NCBI GenBank assembly: GCA_964016885.1
Contig: CAXHJY010000304.1
Location: 62,001-126,000, forward strand
Length of the DNA stretch: 64,000 nucleotides
From: Eledone cirrhosa
Lineage: Eukaryota
Direction: 5' to 3'
The notes beneath the pieces were generated by a model, which saw nothing but the letters and a program-made list of their open reading frames with translations, had not been told where the DNA came from and searched no databases. Each line of letters starts with the position of its first letter. The stretch's first letter is position 1. Shown one piece after another: positions 10,568 through 22,620 of this stretch. The translations under genes were made by a program, and so were the position numbers.

Positions 10568-13500
10568 ATGAATCTGCGAGCTACCAAGCACCCACGTGAA
10601 GCGCCAACCCAGAGACCCTCCCCTACGAGTGTCGACAAATGCCCAAAACTCCGAGTTGGTACCATCAATGTAGGCTCAATGAAAGGAAGAGCAGGAGAAA
10701 TCGTAGAAATGCTAGAGCGAAAGGAAGTTGATGTATGCTGTGTGCAAGAGACTAGATGGAGAGGAGGGTCTGCTAGAGTCCTTGTAGGAAAAAGCCAGTG
10801 CTACAAATTTTTCTGGGTGGGAAATGACGATGGGATGGGTGGTGTAGGTATACTATTAGCTGACAAGTGGGTAGATAAAGTAATCTCAGTGTACAGGGTA
10901 AATGCAAGAATCATTAAACTCAGACTAGTCCTGAATAAGACAATTACCACAATAATATCAGCTTACGCACCCCAATCGGGGCTGCCAGACGAACTTAAGG
11001 ATAGGTTTTACGAGTCCCTAATACACACTACTGCTCTAACAGACGACAAGGACTTCCTAATCATTGCAGGAGATTTTAACGGACACGTAGGTAAACACTG
11101 CGACGGCTTCAATAGAGTACATGGAGGCCATGGAGTTGGCACAAGGAATGAGGAAGGATTCAGACTTCTAGAATTCTGCGACGCCAATGACATGTCGATA
11201 TGTAACACAAACTTTAAAAAACCCGACAACCACCTGATCACCTATAGATCAGGGGAGCACTCTAGTCAGTTAGATTTTATCCTCATCAGAGGACGTGACA
11301 GATGGACGGTCGTAAACACAAAAGCCTTCCCTAGTGAGGAATGTACATCCCAACATAGCTTAGTTGTCAGCGACCTCACGGTCAGAACTAGACGAGCCCT
11401 GAAACAGAGGCCAACCTGGAGAAGAAAGATCTGGAAGCTGAAAGTCCCCTCAACCAGTAACAGATTTAAAGATATTTTACTCAACGCCTACGACAGTAAA
11501 GAAGAACAGATAGAGACATTTAACGTAGAAGAGAACTGGGAGTTCCTAAAAAATAACTTACTAGAGGCGACGGATGAGGTTTGTGGCTGGAGTAAGACCT
11601 CAAGCAGGAGGAGAGTGACTTGGTGGTGGAACAATAAGGTAGATGAAGCAGTCAAGGCCAAGAGACAGGCATGGAAAGAATGGAAGAACGGGGGGAGCAG
11701 GGTACATTACATAGAGACCAAGAGGGAAGCTAGGCGACAAGTATACTTAGCTAGGAGGGAAGCAGAGGATAGAAAATTCAAGCATGTTTTACAACGTGAG
11801 GACCAGAAACAGGAGGTATTCAAGATTGCGAGGCAGTGTGTCAGAGATAGTTGTGATGTCATTGGAGAGAAGTGTATCCGGAATGATAAAGGTGAGCTTG
11901 CCCTCACAAGTGCTGAGAAGAAAGATGCATGGAAGAGTCATTATGATAGATTACTAAATGAGGAGAATGCATGGGAAGAAGAGACCCTACCCCACGTAGA
12001 CCCTATAGAGGGACCAGCAGTACAAGTCAGCGGCAGCGTAGTAAGTAAGGCAATCAGAGATATGAAGATAGGGAAGGCAACCGGTCCATCGGGTATAGCT
12101 GCCGAGATGCTGAAGGCATCTGGGTCTGTAGGTCACACTATAACCACACGTATCGTTAACCAGGTAATACTAGAGGGGGCCATACCAAAAGATTGGTGCA
12201 GTAGCATCATTGTCAACTGCTACAAAGGTAAAGGCGATGCACTAGATAGAGGAAACTATAGAGGTATAAAGTTGATGGACCAGGTCATGAAAGTAACAGA
12301 AAGAGTTATAGCACAGCTGATTAGGGACCGGGTGAATATAGACGAGATGCAATTTGGGTTTGTTCCAGGGAAAGGCACCACTGATGCGCTCTTCCTTGTG
12401 AGGCAATTACAGGAAAAGTACCTAGCTAAAAGTAAGCCACTCTACTTGGCATTTGTCGACCTTGAGAAAGCCTTTGACAGAGTTCCACGTGCAGTAATCT
12501 GGTGGGCTCTTAGAAAACTAGGAGTAGATGAATGGCTTGTGAAAGCGGTACAAGCCATGTATAGGGGAGCAGTCAGCAAAGTTAGGATTGGCAATGAGTA
12601 TAGCGAGGAATTTAGCGTACAGGTTGGGGTCCACCAGGGCTCTGTTCTTAGCCCTCTCCTGTTCATCATAGTCCTGCAGGCAATAACGGAGGAGTTTAAG
12701 ACCGGATGCCCATGGGAACTCCTGTATGCTGATGACCTCGCACTCATAGCTGAATCTATGGTAGAACTAGAGAATAAATTCCAAACCTGGAAGCAGGGAC
12801 TAGAGAGAAAGGGCCTCAAAGTCAACATGACAAAGACTAAGGTCCTTATAAGTAGACGAGAAAACAGAACCCAGATCCCCTCAGGGAAATGGCCTTGCTC
12901 AGTATGTAGGAAAGGTGTAGGTAGGAACTCCATTCTTTGCCCCAAATGCAAACAATGGGTACACAAGAGATGTAGCGGGATCTCAGGAAGCTTAATTAAG
13001 AATGTAGGATTCACATGCAGCAGCTGTGCTGAAACAGCAAGCAAACAGCCACAGGAAACAAGTACCACCAATCTCTGGGAGGGCCCTGTAGAAACAGTAG
13101 ACAGCTTCTGCTACCTAGGTGACCGAATTAGCAACGGAGGTGGGTGCTCAGAAAGTACAATAACTAGGGTAAGAACGGGATGGAAGAAGTTTAGGGAACT
13201 ACTACCACTGCTAGCTGCAAAAGGCTTCTCCCTCAGAATGAAAGGCAGACTGTATGATGCGTGTATCCGAACAGCGATGTTACATGGTAGTGAGACCTGG
13301 GCGCTGAAGGTGGAAGACTTACGTAGATTAGAGAGAAACGAAGCCTGCATGCTCCGATGGATGTGTAACAGTAATATACGTGAACGACAAAGCATAAATG
13401 AATTGAGAGAGAGACTGAGCATAAGAGGAATCAAATGCTGCGTGCAGGAGAGGCGGTTACGCTGGTATGGACATGTGATGCGTATGAAGGATGACAGCTG

Positions 13501-13687
13501 CATAAAAAGGTGCAGAGCACTAGAAGTTGATGGAAACCGCGGAGTGGGGAGACCCAAGATGACTTGGGATGAGGTGATAAAAGCCGACCTTACCCAACTA
13601 CACCTCTCAAAGTCAATGACACACGACCGTGACTTCTGGCGTCACGCAGTAATACAGGGTACCCGACCTCCCATGGGTACATGCTGA
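10568..13687 (+). CDS. RTE ORF (1039 aa): APE endonuclease, reverse transcriptase with embedded PHD finger, RTE C-terminal region
   Basis: GTINVGSM, CCVQETRW, SAYAPQ, AGDFNGH, LDFIL, TSQH; YRGIKL, QFGF, VDLEKAFDRV, VHQGSVLSP, YADD; uninterrupted reading frame. Confidence 0.93.
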   Translation: MNLRATKHPREAPTQRPSPTSVDKCPKLRVGTINVGSMKGRAGEIVEMLERKEVDVCCVQETRWRGGSARVLVGKSQCYKFFWVGNDDGMGGVGILLADKWVDKVISVYRVNARIIKLRLVLNKTITTIISAYAPQSGLPDELKDRFYESLIHTTALTDDKDFLIIAGDFNGHVGKHCDGFNRVHGGHGVGTRNEEGFRLLEFCDANDMSICNTNFKKPDNHLITYRSGEHSSQLDFILIRGRDRWTVVNTKAFPSEECTSQHSLVVSDLTVRTRRALKQRPTWRRKIWKLKVPSTSNRFKDILLNAYDSKEEQIETFNVEENWEFLKNNLLEATDEVCGWSKTSSRRRVTWWWNNKVDEAVKAKRQAWKEWKNGGSRVHYIETKREARRQVYLARREAEDRKFKHVLQREDQKQEVFKIARQCVRDSCDVIGEKCIRNDKGELALTSAEKKDAWKSHYDRLLNEENAWEEETLPHVDPIEGPAVQVSGSVVSKAIRDMKIGKATGPSGIAAEMLKASGSVGHTITTRIVNQVILEGAIPKDWCSSIIVNCYKGKGDALDRGNYRGIKLMDQVMKVTERVIAQLIRDRVNIDEMQFGFVPGKGTTDALFLVRQLQEKYLAKSKPLYLAFVDLEKAFDRVPRAVIWWALRKLGVDEWLVKAVQAMYRGAVSKVRIGNEYSEEFSVQVGVHQGSVLSPLLFIIVLQAITEEFKTGCPWELLYADDLALIAESMVELENKFQTWKQGLERKGLKVNMTKTKVLISRRENRTQIPSGKWPCSVCRKGVGRNSILCPKCKQWVHKRCSGISGSLIKNVGFTCSSCAETASKQPQETSTTNLWEGPVETVDSFCYLGDRISNGGGCSESTITRVRTGWKKFRELLPLLAAKGFSLRMKGRLYDACIRTAMLHGSETWALKVEDLRRLERNEACMLRWMCNSNIRERQSINELRERLSIRGIKCCVQERRLRWYGHVMRMKDDSCIKRCRALEVDGNRGVGRPKMTWDEVIKADLTQLHLSKSMTHDRDFWRHAVIQGTRPPMGTC

Positions 13688-13991
13688 AGCATATAAACAA
13701 TATGCCCCCCCCCCCCCCCACCGCAAGGTGGTCGTGGAGGTGCCACGGCAAAAAAAGCACCCAGCCCACACTGTAAAGTGGACGTGTAGGCGCCACGAAA
13801 AAGCACCCAGCACTCACTGTAAATGAGGTTGGTGTTAGGAAGGGCATCCAGCTGTAGAAATCAAGCCAGATCAGTTCCTGTATGAGCAAGGCATGGTCAG
13901 CCGACCAGACACTGCCCACAACAGGACAACCCGTCTAACCCATGCTAGCGTGGAAGAACGGACGTAAAACGGTGATGATGATGATGATGAT

Positions 13992-14813
13992 GAGAAGGCC
14001 CATTCATTCGGGCCATTTTCGCCACATTCACCCACCTTTCAGCGAATTTACTGGGGTGTAGCACCTCTCTCTTTACTCTCACCTTCTTCCTGAAGTGGTA
14101 CTTAAAGAAGAGGATAAGTTGTTGTCCGGAGAGACAGGTGTTTACCCTCAGTCCTTTTAACCTTGTCCACCATATTACCTCTTTTGCCATAGCCACCAGA
14201 TAGAGGAAAACCGCCTCTCCTTCATTCTTAAATGAAGGCAGCGAGGTGATCCTCACAATGGACTCGGCTGACAACTGGATGCATCCCACACGTGACAGCT
14301 GCTGTACAACATGATTCCACAGGTCGGTCACCCCTGGGCACTGAACAATTGCGTGCAGAACAGTTTTGATGTCCTGCTCTCATCTTGGACAGGTCCTTTT
14401 AACAGGATCTCTGCCAGGGCGTCCGTGCCTGTAGATTTTGTCTCAAACTGGTAGAGCTCCTCGGTAGCACTGCCAGGCCAGAGACGTCTGGAAGTTATCC
14501 ATAGGCCCTGGACGGAAAGTCCTCTCAAACAGACTGGTCAGTTCGTCCTCCTCGATGCCTAGAGTTTCCCTGAGAAAATTGTTGCACTTATCCTTCACTA
14601 ATCCCCTATAGAATGTCAAAGTGGAGTCTCCGCTGATTGCCATTTCCGCTTGGTAGAGGGCTGTGAGCGCCTGTAGGCACTCGAGGTGCCAGGCACCCAT
14701 TTTCGGTCTTCACTTGACTCAGGACTGCAGCTCTGTTAGTGAGACGAGTTGTGAAAGAGCTTGTCTCACAAACAACAGCCACACCGGTTCGCCGGTCAGG
14801 AATACCTGGAGAT
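13992..14813 (-). mobile_element. Tx1 LINE 3' fragment (older relative of 2260-5593)
   Basis: ORF pieces FRPGPMDNFQTSLAWQCYRGALPV and SFKNEGEAVFL...WWTRLKGLR align with 4010-5593. Confidence 0.88.
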
Positions 14814-15214
14814 GATAGATAGATAAATAGATATAAGTTGATAAAACAACAGTAAGGTGTTCAGATATTTATTTAAAGCTCAAATGTGGTTTATTTTATA
14901 TCCAAAATATATTTCAGAGGTAGATCAAATAAATAATGTATTAACTGTTGAACTTGGTGACTTATTTCTTTGTTTTATATATATATATGTGTGTGTGTGT
15001 GTGTTATCATTAACATTTTACATTAGCTTCCCATGCTGGTATGGGTTGGGTGGGTTGCCACAGTCCAAGACCAGACAGGTCGGATCAAACCATTTTACTC
15101 ATATGTCTAACCCATCCTAGCATGGAAGATAGACGTTAAACGATGATGATGATGATGATGTTCCATATTTGGCAAGGTTTCTATGTCTGGGTGCCCTTAC
15201 TAACACCAAAATCG

Positions 15215-15372
15215 TTACAGGATATACTAGGTGTATTTGTGTTGCACCAACACTAACACTTCTAGTATATCCTTACAGGATATACTAGGTGTATTTGTGT
15301 TGCACCAACACTAACACTTCTAGTATATCCTTACAGGATATACTAGGTGTATTTGTGTTGCACCAACACTAA
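15215..15372. repeat. 58-bp tandem repeat, about 2.7 copies, with hairpin junctions
   Basis: TTACAGGATATACTAGG... at 15215, 15273 and 15331; CTAGTATATCC-TTACA-GGATATACTAG is a perfect 11-bp stem. Confidence 0.85.
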
Positions 15373-17121
15373 AACTTTACATGGTGTACTGACTGCATTT
15401 TATCATGGCACTAACACTAAAGAGGTTGTTATATGCTCATGTAGGTATAACCACAGTTTTAAATTATATGCCTCGCTGTAAAATGTAAACAAATGTCAGA
15501 TTGTTTTATTATTCTCTTTGTACTCATAAACATAAGGAATTACCTTTACAAGTATCACAGGTAGCTGGCTCTTCCTCAGAAGACAAATACACATATACAT
15601 GTGTCCACAAAGAGAGCTATAGTTATATGTCATTTATATAAAATACAAACTAGAACTTATCTGAAATGGCCAATCTAGTTTGCATTTGTTTGACTATGTG
15701 CATAATTAAATAATAAACATTTATGTATGACACACCAAATATTAGAAAATTTAAGGAGAAGGGTGCTTAACTACTGATAAACTGACAACTACCTGTGTAT
15801 GAAGAGAACAGAATGTTTTCACAATTGTTTACACTTTTACAGTAAGGTTTATAAACTGTTGTGAATTTGTATTATACTTCAGTAACACAATTAAAATTGG
15901 GACAAAAAAAAAAGACAAAACAAAAGAAAATTGAGAGGAGTCAAACTCTACATTCTTGACTGGATGATACATCTCAGCTGCACCCTACTGGCAAGATGGC
16001 AAAAGCCTTGTCATGGAGAACAGCCAATGATAGCCACTCCATCAGCCATTCCTCCTCAAGAGGTTCCTTCTTTAGATATGATGTTTTCCTCTCAATTTGA
16101 CAGAGGAAAAATGGCAGTCCAGTGATAAAAGGCACTGGAAGCCTCAATGGCAACCAGCACAAAAAGGAATTGGTCAGTTACTATCTGATTTTTAGTCATC
16201 TTCTGCAGAGGTACTATTTAAACCTCCACTGTCCCCTTCTCAATTTAGCAGACAAAATGCCAGTCTGAAGACCAAGAACACTAGAGGTATTGATGAGGAA
16301 AGTCCAACACTAAAAGAAATCAGTTATTCAATGCCTAGTATTTGGTAATATTCCACTCCTCTGCATTGCAGGCAGCAGAGGTCAGGTTTATGGTGGGTAT
16401 GATGAGGTTGGCACCCACATTAACTTTTGACTATTTAGTCAGATAGATGTAGACATAGATTGGACAGAGAGGTGTAGACATAGATTGGACAGATAGATCT
16501 AGATATAGATTGGACATATAGATGTAGACATAGATTGGACAGATATAATTTAGAGAAATGTATGGTGTGGAAATTGACAGACAGATGGACAGACAGACTG
16601 ACAGAGAGGCAGACTGATAAACAGACAGGCAGACTGACAGACAGAGAGAAGACATATAGACTGACTGACAAATAGACAGACTAACAGACAGACAGACAGA
16701 GAGACAGAAAGAATGACATGTGTGAAGAGATCAACTTAAAAAATAAAAACCTGTTAAACAAGTTTTTACAATTTTTTGTCCTTCTACTTCCCCCACCAAC
16801 ACCTCTGTTGCCTTGCCAGATCTTGAATGCCTTGCACTCACACACATGTGTGAGTAACCACCACCTTGACTCTGCTTCTGTTTTTCTTTTTAATGAGCAA
16901 GTTTACAGGGTAGAAATCTTCCCCCTCCCACATACCTTTGGAAAGAAAGACCAAAAAAGTCAGCTAACCACAATTTGACAGGTAAAAAGTTAAAAAGTAA
17001 CCCGCCTCGTTTTGCAATGTTTGGGCGTTCAGTCTATTTAGTTTCAAGTGAAGCATTATCGTCTTCAAAACAAGCGGATAATTGCTACCACGATGACAGT
17101 GTGATCAAGAAACAATCCACC

Positions 17122-17631
17122 ATGGCAACAACTACAGAGAAGGAACGTGCAGAGAATGTTACCGGGATCTCTTGGACACCAGAGTGGACAAATAACTCAG
17201 TACCCCTGAAGGATTTTGCTACAAAAAACTCTGTCCCTAATTTTGTGAAGGTTACCAAGGGTCAGTACATGAACATTGGTCAGTCGAAGTTTTTATTACA
17301 GAAAGCTCACCAGCAGCTCTACTTACACAGTTTCCAGAGCTGTGTGAAGGTACTGTCTCATAGTGTACAGAGAGTGTCTGAAAACCACCCCACTGGACCT
17401 TACAAGCAACGGATATTCAGCAAAAAGATACTGTCCTTGCAACAACGCCTTGCAATCCCAGTTTCTTATGAAGGGTGGTTTGAGATCCTGTCTGAGGATG
17501 GTAGAGGGTCTCGCGCCATTGAGACTGTTCAGGAACTTGCACGGATCTTTCCAGAGAAATGTCTGGTGCGCAAGGATATTTTTGCATATGGTGCAAATGA
17601 AGATGGCAAACTTAGCAGCAATGTTACAAAG
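17122..17631 (+). CDS. Coding exon 1 (170 codons) of a CABIT-domain adaptor protein (THEMIS/GAREM/Serrano-like)
   Basis: Kozak CACCATGG; W...VPLKDF...PNFVKVTKGQY and IPVSYEGWFEILSEDG resemble CABIT motifs; donor AAG|GTATGT, phase 0; an in-frame upstream ATG at 17017 is an alternative start. Confidence 0.75.
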
Positions 17632-17761
17632 GTATGTGAGAGAAAATATAAAATATAAACACAATATTTCAAAGCTATTCACAAAAGATACTAAACTGTA
17701 CTAACTAATGTCTTATACATCCAATAATCTATTCATCAATCTGTTTTTCTATATATAATAT

Positions 17762-18273
17762 AACTGTATATACTGGAGTAATAGTCGGCCCCCTATTTTG
17801 GGCTAAAAAATCTGGTATTTTCCATAGACCTCGTATAAAAGTCGACCCTAGTATTTCACAGGTAACAGGTCAACATTTGTGGGTCAAGATATCATCCTGT
17901 AGGTAGAAATAACACTATTACAAAATCATCATGAATTTAAGGCAAATTTATATTATTGCAAATAAATGTCTGAAACTAAAAATTTACCCAAATTTTTGCC
18001 TACCTAACTGTAGCCCGCTCTATAGCTGGAATGTCTGGTGCTTATAGTGGAATGTTTGGTGCTTATAGCAAAGCACAGCAAAGCACTACACAGTTGTTGA
18101 TGTGTACTACCATTACTAAAATGTAAGCATAAGATGTGCTGCAATCTTGCAACCTTTATATTTTTGGATTCTAGCTTGAATTTCTAATCCCTCAAAACTA
18201 GTATCCATGTAATACACCCCCCCCCCCCCCACGAACTTTAACCTTAAAAAATTATCTATAAAATTCAACTTGA

Positions 18274-18278
<5 letters not shown>
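17762..18278. mobile_element. Degenerate Tc2/pogo-like MITE remnant
   Basis: Left end CTGTATATACTGGAGTAATAGTCG with a repeated TATAAAAGTCGACCC subterminal motif; decayed right end CTTGAGTATATA. Confidence 0.4.
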
Positions 18279-18332
<54 letters not shown>

Positions 18333-18350
18333 GTATAAAAATCAATATAA

Positions 18351-18426
18351 TTACCTCATTACCAGAGGTTTCCCGAATGAGGCGAATACGAAAGAAACGT
18401 CTTCATTCGTTCGTCAGACGAGGCAA
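18351..18426 (-). ncRNA. Type I hammerhead ribozyme motif (PLE-associated)
   Basis: UUGCCUCGU-CUGACGA-helix II (CGAAUGA/UCAUUCG)-GAAA-CC(UCU)GG-UA-AUGAGGUAA; helix I 9 bp with G-U pairs. Confidence 0.75.
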
Positions 18427-19130
18427 TATAAAACATGGGTAAATACTTGGAAAATCTCATCAAGAAAAGCAAAAAAAACAAAAAAACAAAAAGATATAGA
18501 CAAATGAATTAGAATATGAAATATATAATAATCTTTCAAGAAAAATAATTAGGTGTGTGTATATGTATGTATATACGCTCACAGATGTGCATATATGTGT
18601 ATGCACATATGTATACGTATAGTGATAAAGTGTGCGTAAATATATAATTTAGGGCAAATGTATCTGTATGTCTGTAATCTACAGACAGAATAGATACATC
18701 ATAAGAATATGAAGGCACGCGCATAAACACACCTACACACACGTACACATAGATGCGGAAGTAAAAGAGGTAAGGGAGTGTAATAATTAAAGGAAAGTAT
18801 CAATCTCGATATATTTATAAAAATGGAACAATAATTTAGAAAGAAAAAATTAAAGAAAAGAAGACAAAAAAGGTACATACATATACACACACGTATATCT
18901 CACATAAGAAACGCAAAAATATACATGCTTATATATACATGCACACTTACACATCCATACGTTCGATACGTACACACACACGCACACACACACATACTTA
19001 CACTCACGCATATTGACCTGTTTGCATGACACGCATAAAAATGAGTAAGTAAAAAAATGGGGGAAGAAAAAAGGAACAAAACATAAAACCTAGATGTAAA
19101 AACACGGATATAAAGACACATACACATACG

Positions 19131-19167
<37 letters not shown>

Positions 19168-19608
19168 GCACGCGCGCGCACATACATAGTCGCTCATGTA
19201 CATATATAGGTATACACACATTAAGGCGTTCAGCCACATTGATACAGGGTGTAAAAAACTTGTGGATAAGTAAGTACAAATATAAAATTATGAAATTGTA
19301 AGATTGGCTGCGCAAAAATAAAAAATAAAATATATCTGGGGTGGAAAACACAAATGACATGACAAGTGTAATCAGTTAGTGAAGGAAATAGGGAAGTAAA
19401 AAAATGGAAAGTGAAAATATTAGGTAAGTGAATCGGAGAATAAAGGGGGGGGGGGTTATTGGTGGATGTGAAGTAAAAAAAAAAAAATAATAATATATAA
19501 AAATAAAAATAAAAATAAAAATAAAAATAAAAATAAAAATAAAAATAAAAATAAAAATAAATGAAATTAATGATAAGGATAAAAATGAAAGTAAATCAGA
19601 AAAGGTAA

Positions 19609-21510
19609 TTATAAAGAGAATAATAAGGGTTTATGGAGGATAGTATCTGAAAGTGTGTTAAGCTTATATGAGTTGGAAAGCAGGTGTGATTTCATGTGTG
19701 GGCAACTGGTGAAAATTTCCGTCTTTGTGTTCAGGCAGGTCTTTGGTGATTTTAGATTTTGCAATATCCAATATTTTTCATTTATGTAGAGCGTGCATTT
19801 TCTTGTTCCTCAAGCATATTCTTTAGATTGGTTCAAAATTGACCAATCTAATTTATATTGGATGCCTTGGTCTTTCAAATCCCAAATTCTGCTAGCCAGA
19901 GCTGTTGTAAATCTTTTTTCTGGATGTCGAAAGGATGCGACATGTGAGTAATAACGCGTTTTGAATTTGTCTTGCGTCATACCCACATATCGTTCACTGG
20001 TGGCTGGATGGTTGTTGCTGATGGTTGTCACTTTAGCCGCATATACAATGGCTTTGGTGTTGCATTTACCTTGTAATGGGCATTCACTTTTGATTCTACA
20101 GGAGCAAGTTTGATTTTCTCTAGGTGATATTTTGTTGATGATATAGGACTTAATAGGGGGACCGCAGGAATAGCTAATTTTGACACAGTTTCTGTTAAAG
20201 ATCTTATAGTATCTATGAGTTCTAGGGAAATGTTTATCTAGGAGCTCTAGGAATTTTTTGCGTACATTAGTTTTAACTGCTAGAGAGTAGGGGGGTGTGA
20301 ACCAGATTATTTTTCTTTTCCTGTTTTTATGTTTAATAGAGTTAGTATAGTTGGGTATGTATTTAATCGGTTCGCTAAAACCGCTATTTTGGAGGGCTTT
20401 ATTATAGTAGGGGGATGCCTTATTAAAAATAGCTTCTGAGGAAGAGAGGGTGGAGATCCTACGGCTAATATTAGGGATAAGATTTTTAAAAACTATAGGT
20501 GGATGGCAAGAGCCTTTATTTATATATTTTAAGTTTTCATTAGGTTTATGGTATGGTTTATAAGAAGCAGTAGGCAAATCTAGGTTTATATCTAGGAAAT
20601 CTACATTGGAAAGGTTAGTGTCAATAGTAATTTTAAGATTAAAACTAGCGAAGGTTTTTATTAAGGCTTTCCTTAATCTATCTAAGTTATGTCCTATGGT
20701 GGTATGGGAAAGTATTAGACCATCGTCGCGATAAAGCCCAAAAATATGGTTAGGAAATTTTTCTTTAAGAGTATGTAGGAGGAATAGGCCGACCAGATCA
20801 CAAACATCAGCACTGTCATAAGAGCCCATTGAGACATCGAATGGGTTCTCTGGGTTAGATATTTTTACCCAAGTGTCATTATCATTAAAAAGTAGAGTGT
20901 TTCTAGCGTGCAAGATGACATTCTCTTCAATATCGGAGATATTAGTAAACCCTCTAGCGAAATTTAAAGCTTTCGCTAAAAGGGTCTGAGTGATAGATGG
21001 GTAGAAATCTACAATGTCAAATTGGCTGAATCTAGAACTATTTTTGTTTTTAATATTATTAAACCAATGTACTACGGAAGAGCTATTTATCCATTGGAGT
21101 AATTTAGACTTACTTCTAATGTGTGTATTTAATTTATTTAAAATTTTTTTGCTGGCAAGACCAATATCAGTCTTAGCAGAATTGATTAATCTACAACTAG
21201 GACGATTAATAAAGTCGGGTTTATGATCTTTAAGAGTGATGTACGCTGAACGTTTAGCAAGTTTTTCTGTCCTATTATCTATTTTTAAAGAAACAGCTAA
21301 TTCTTTAGCTTCCTTATTTATATTATGGTACGTATTTATATTAGCTATTTGGTATTTAGAGGTGATATTATCTATTAATAGTTGGTCGTGTAAATTATTA
21401 TTAACTTCATATAGGTTTTTAGTTTTATCGGAGAAGATGAACTTATTATTAGAAGATTTGAAAGTTGAAATATCATTAGATAGTTTTGATTGAAAAGGGT
21501 TAGAGTACTT
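19609..21510 (-). pseudogene. PLE RT + GIY-YIG ORF with one in-frame TGA at 19810-19812 and 66 more codons to TAA
   Basis: Read-through gives GTRKCTLYINEK...CLNTKTEIFTSCPH, matching the PLE endonuclease C-terminus. Confidence 0.8.
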
Positions 21511-21549
21511 ATATATATATATATATATACTTTCGGAAACATATATATA

Positions 21550-21811
21550 CTTTCGGAAACATTTTTTCACGCTCAGAGTTGCTGAAGCATGGAACAAACT
21601 GCCTGCGTAAGTTGTTAGCTGCCAAGACACTGCATCCTTTAAAACCCTCATGCTTCCCGAAATTCGCCAAAACTACACCTGATGTCCCCCTTCCATACAC
21701 ATGCACACATGTATATATCATGACTCATGCACTGTTCATTTTCCTGACGTTTGTACATTACCCTATGTACTATACATACACTTTTTGATGAGTTGTAGTG
21801 CACCTGAGCAC

Positions 21812-21812
<1 letters not shown>
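21550..21812 (+). mobile_element. CR1-clade LINE 3' end
   Basis: Translates to FFTLRVAEAWNKLP...SFK, typical of the CR1 ORF2 C-terminus, followed by a 3' UTR. Confidence 0.6.
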
Positions 21813-21846
<34 letters not shown>

Positions 21847-22148
21847 GTTTAACGTCCATCTTCCACGCTTGCATGGGTTTGGACGGTACACAATATTTCA
21901 TTATTATTATTATTATTAATATTATTATATATTAATATTATTATATTGACAAGCGCACCTCAGCGTGAAAGGTCTTTCTAAAAACGAAACAATACCTCCT
22001 ACGTTAACCAAGAACTCCTAAGACCTAACCAACAACCAACAACTTAATTTCTAAAATAATTTTTTTTAAGAAAAATTCTTTTTGGATTTTGTGAAGAAAA
22101 TAAATTTGTTGAAAGCACAAGTGAAGCCATTTTTTCTTCCCTCCTGTC

Positions 22149-22620
<472 letters not shown>

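Larger units (their letters stand above)
9898..13991 (+). mobile_element. Full-length RTE-clade LINE, subfamily A, with 8-bp TSD
   Basis: TSD GAGAAGGC at 9890-9897 and 13992-13999; 5' UTR, single intact ORF, about 290-bp 3' UTR, (TGA)n tail. Confidence 0.9.
18330..21510 (-). mobile_element. 5'-truncated Penelope-like element (Naiad-type) with long AT-rich 3' region and terminal hammerhead
   Basis: RT motifs AYITLKDHK, RLIN, FDIVDFYPSI, MGSYDS, GLYRDDGL; CSCx5CPLxxxC; GIY-YIG-like AIVY...RYVG; hammerhead at 18351-18426. Confidence 0.85.

Noticed and set aside
12442-13557. Antisense ORFs over RTE and Tx1 coding regions
   Set aside because: Shadow frames of the real ORFs, recurring only because the elements are repeated
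15215-15372. Possible mini-CRISPR (palindromic repeats)
   Set aside because: The intervening sequences are identical, so it is a tandem duplication
16264-16310. CTGAAGA...GAAA as a hammerhead (also 58105 and CTGAGCGA at 22441)
   Set aside because: No helix II or helix I complementarity around the core
21511-21651. N-terminus of the 613-aa PLE ORF
   Set aside because: Derived from the antisense strand of a CR1 fragment and a TA microsatellite; the PLE is 5'-truncated
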